Assembly: GCF_004010195.1 (NCBI RefSeq) | Contig: NC_057718.1 | Span: 67,955,872 to 68,019,871 of the forward strand | Direction: 5' to 3' | Source of the DNA: Chiloscyllium plagiosum | Lineage: Eukaryota | Length of the DNA stretch: 64,000 nucleotides | In this document: piece by piece, positions 63,155 to 64,000 of the stretch | Layout of the letters: each line of letters begins with the position of its first letter | Position numbering within the stretch: position 1 is the first letter of the stretch | Program-made: the position numbers and the translations under genes | The notes under the pieces: model-generated | What the model was told of the DNA's origin: nothing | What the model saw: only the letters and a program-made list of their open reading frames with translations | The model's database searches: none

Positions 63155-63340
63155 AGCGAGTTTTGAGAAGGTTGAGGTTTTGGATGTAGGTTTGCTCACT
63201 GAGCTGAAAGGTTTATTTCCAGACATTTCGTTACCTTACTAGGTAACATCTTCAGTGGACCTCATACGAATAGAAAGCAGGAATTTTCAGCATTGCTTCG
63301 CATGAGGTAATGAAATGTCTGGAAATGAACCTTTAAGCTC
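63155..63340. mobile_element. Family 3 Penelope-like fold-back element with perfect 11-bp TSD
   Basis: TSD agctttctctt at 63144-63154 and 63341-63351; arms 63199-63236 and 63305-63342 are inverted. Confidence 0.8.
63222..63255 (-). ncRNA. Minimal type I hammerhead ribozyme core (family 3), best-paired copy
   Basis: Reverse complement tcca-CTGAAGA-T-GTTACCT-AGTA-AGGTAAC-GAAAT-GTC-tgga: 7-bp stem II, 4-bp stem I, GUC triplet. Confidence 0.75.
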
Positions 63341-63422
63341 AGCTTTCTCTTTTTCTTTCTTCTATATGTTTGTGTCCCTTCTCTCACTTATTTTCTGTCT
63401 CACTATCTTTCCCTCTATATAG

Positions 63423-63602
63423 GTTTTATACCAGGTATGCAAAGAAACTCTCAAATATCTCAGTACGGTTCTCAGCATTCTGGTCCTCCGATTTCTCCGC
63501 ATCCATCACCTGGAGGGCAAGTGCAACCTGGTACAGTCCCTTACCAGCAAAGCAATTCCAGCAGCACTTATGGTCCTCAAAGCGGGCAATATGGACCACA
63601 AG
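63423..63602 (+). CDS. arid1b: ARID1B internal coding exon (180 nt, phase 1 to 1), (G)[15 protein letters not shown]...[11 protein letters not shown](G)
   Basis: Long polypyrimidine tract 63345-63420 ending tatAG; donor [18 protein letters not shown] and [12 protein letters not shown] match ARID1B; overlaps ORF 63437..63673. Confidence 0.92.
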
Positions 63603-64000
63603 GTAATGTAAATAAATTTGAATTAAAAATAGTCAAAATCAACAGAAGCTGCTATAAAAATGTCTATGAATAATGACAAAATAAACATTTTAAGGTAACT
63701 CTTCAACTATTGAGAATTTCAGTCGAAAGCATCTTGCCAGATGTGGTATTTTGTACGCATACCAAAGTAGTTGTGCTCTAGGAAATCAATCTGCTTCAAC
63801 TTTGGGTATTCCTTAAAGATATTTTATGCTGACACATAACTGACTGACTGAAACTGAGAAGCACACATATTATTGTGACTGATCATCATCGCAGCATGGC
63901 ATTTTAAATATTCACTTTATTTTTATACTCATTAAATATAATCCTTCCATCTATAAGATATCAAACTTGGAAGGTAATGTGACCTTTTTATAGCATTCAA

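Noticed and set aside
26084..63602. Calling the gene ARID1A
   Set aside because: [39 protein letters not shown] and QQSNSS, plus the long introns, fit ARID1B better; ARID1A-like sites are a minority.

Overview
Vertebrate genomic DNA, inferred to be from a cartilaginous fish (shark) because it is dense in HE1/V-SINE-type SINEs and CR1/HER1-type LINEs. The window lies inside an ARID1B orthologue (BAF/SWI-SNF subunit) on the + strand. Three internal coding exons (26084-26324, 40288-40377, 63423-63602) have AG/GT boundaries and compatible phases, and are separated by introns of about 14.0 and 23.0 kb; 1-26083 appears to be intronic too. The introns hold decayed CR1, RTE and L2 LINE fragments, several tRNA-derived SINE families, a fossil PIF/Harbinger-type transposase and one assembly gap (1367-1593). 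The most notable signal is about a dozen short, often fold-back, Penelope-like insertions, several with 11-14 bp target-site duplications. They carry minimal hammerhead-ribozyme cores (CUGANGA-stem II-GAAA-NUH) in at least three covarying sequence families, some in the sense orientation of the ARID1B pre-mRNA and one ending about 70 nt upstream of a splice acceptor. Two unexplained inverted duplications and several candidate splicing signals are also reported. Repeat boundaries and family names were assigned by eye and are approximate.
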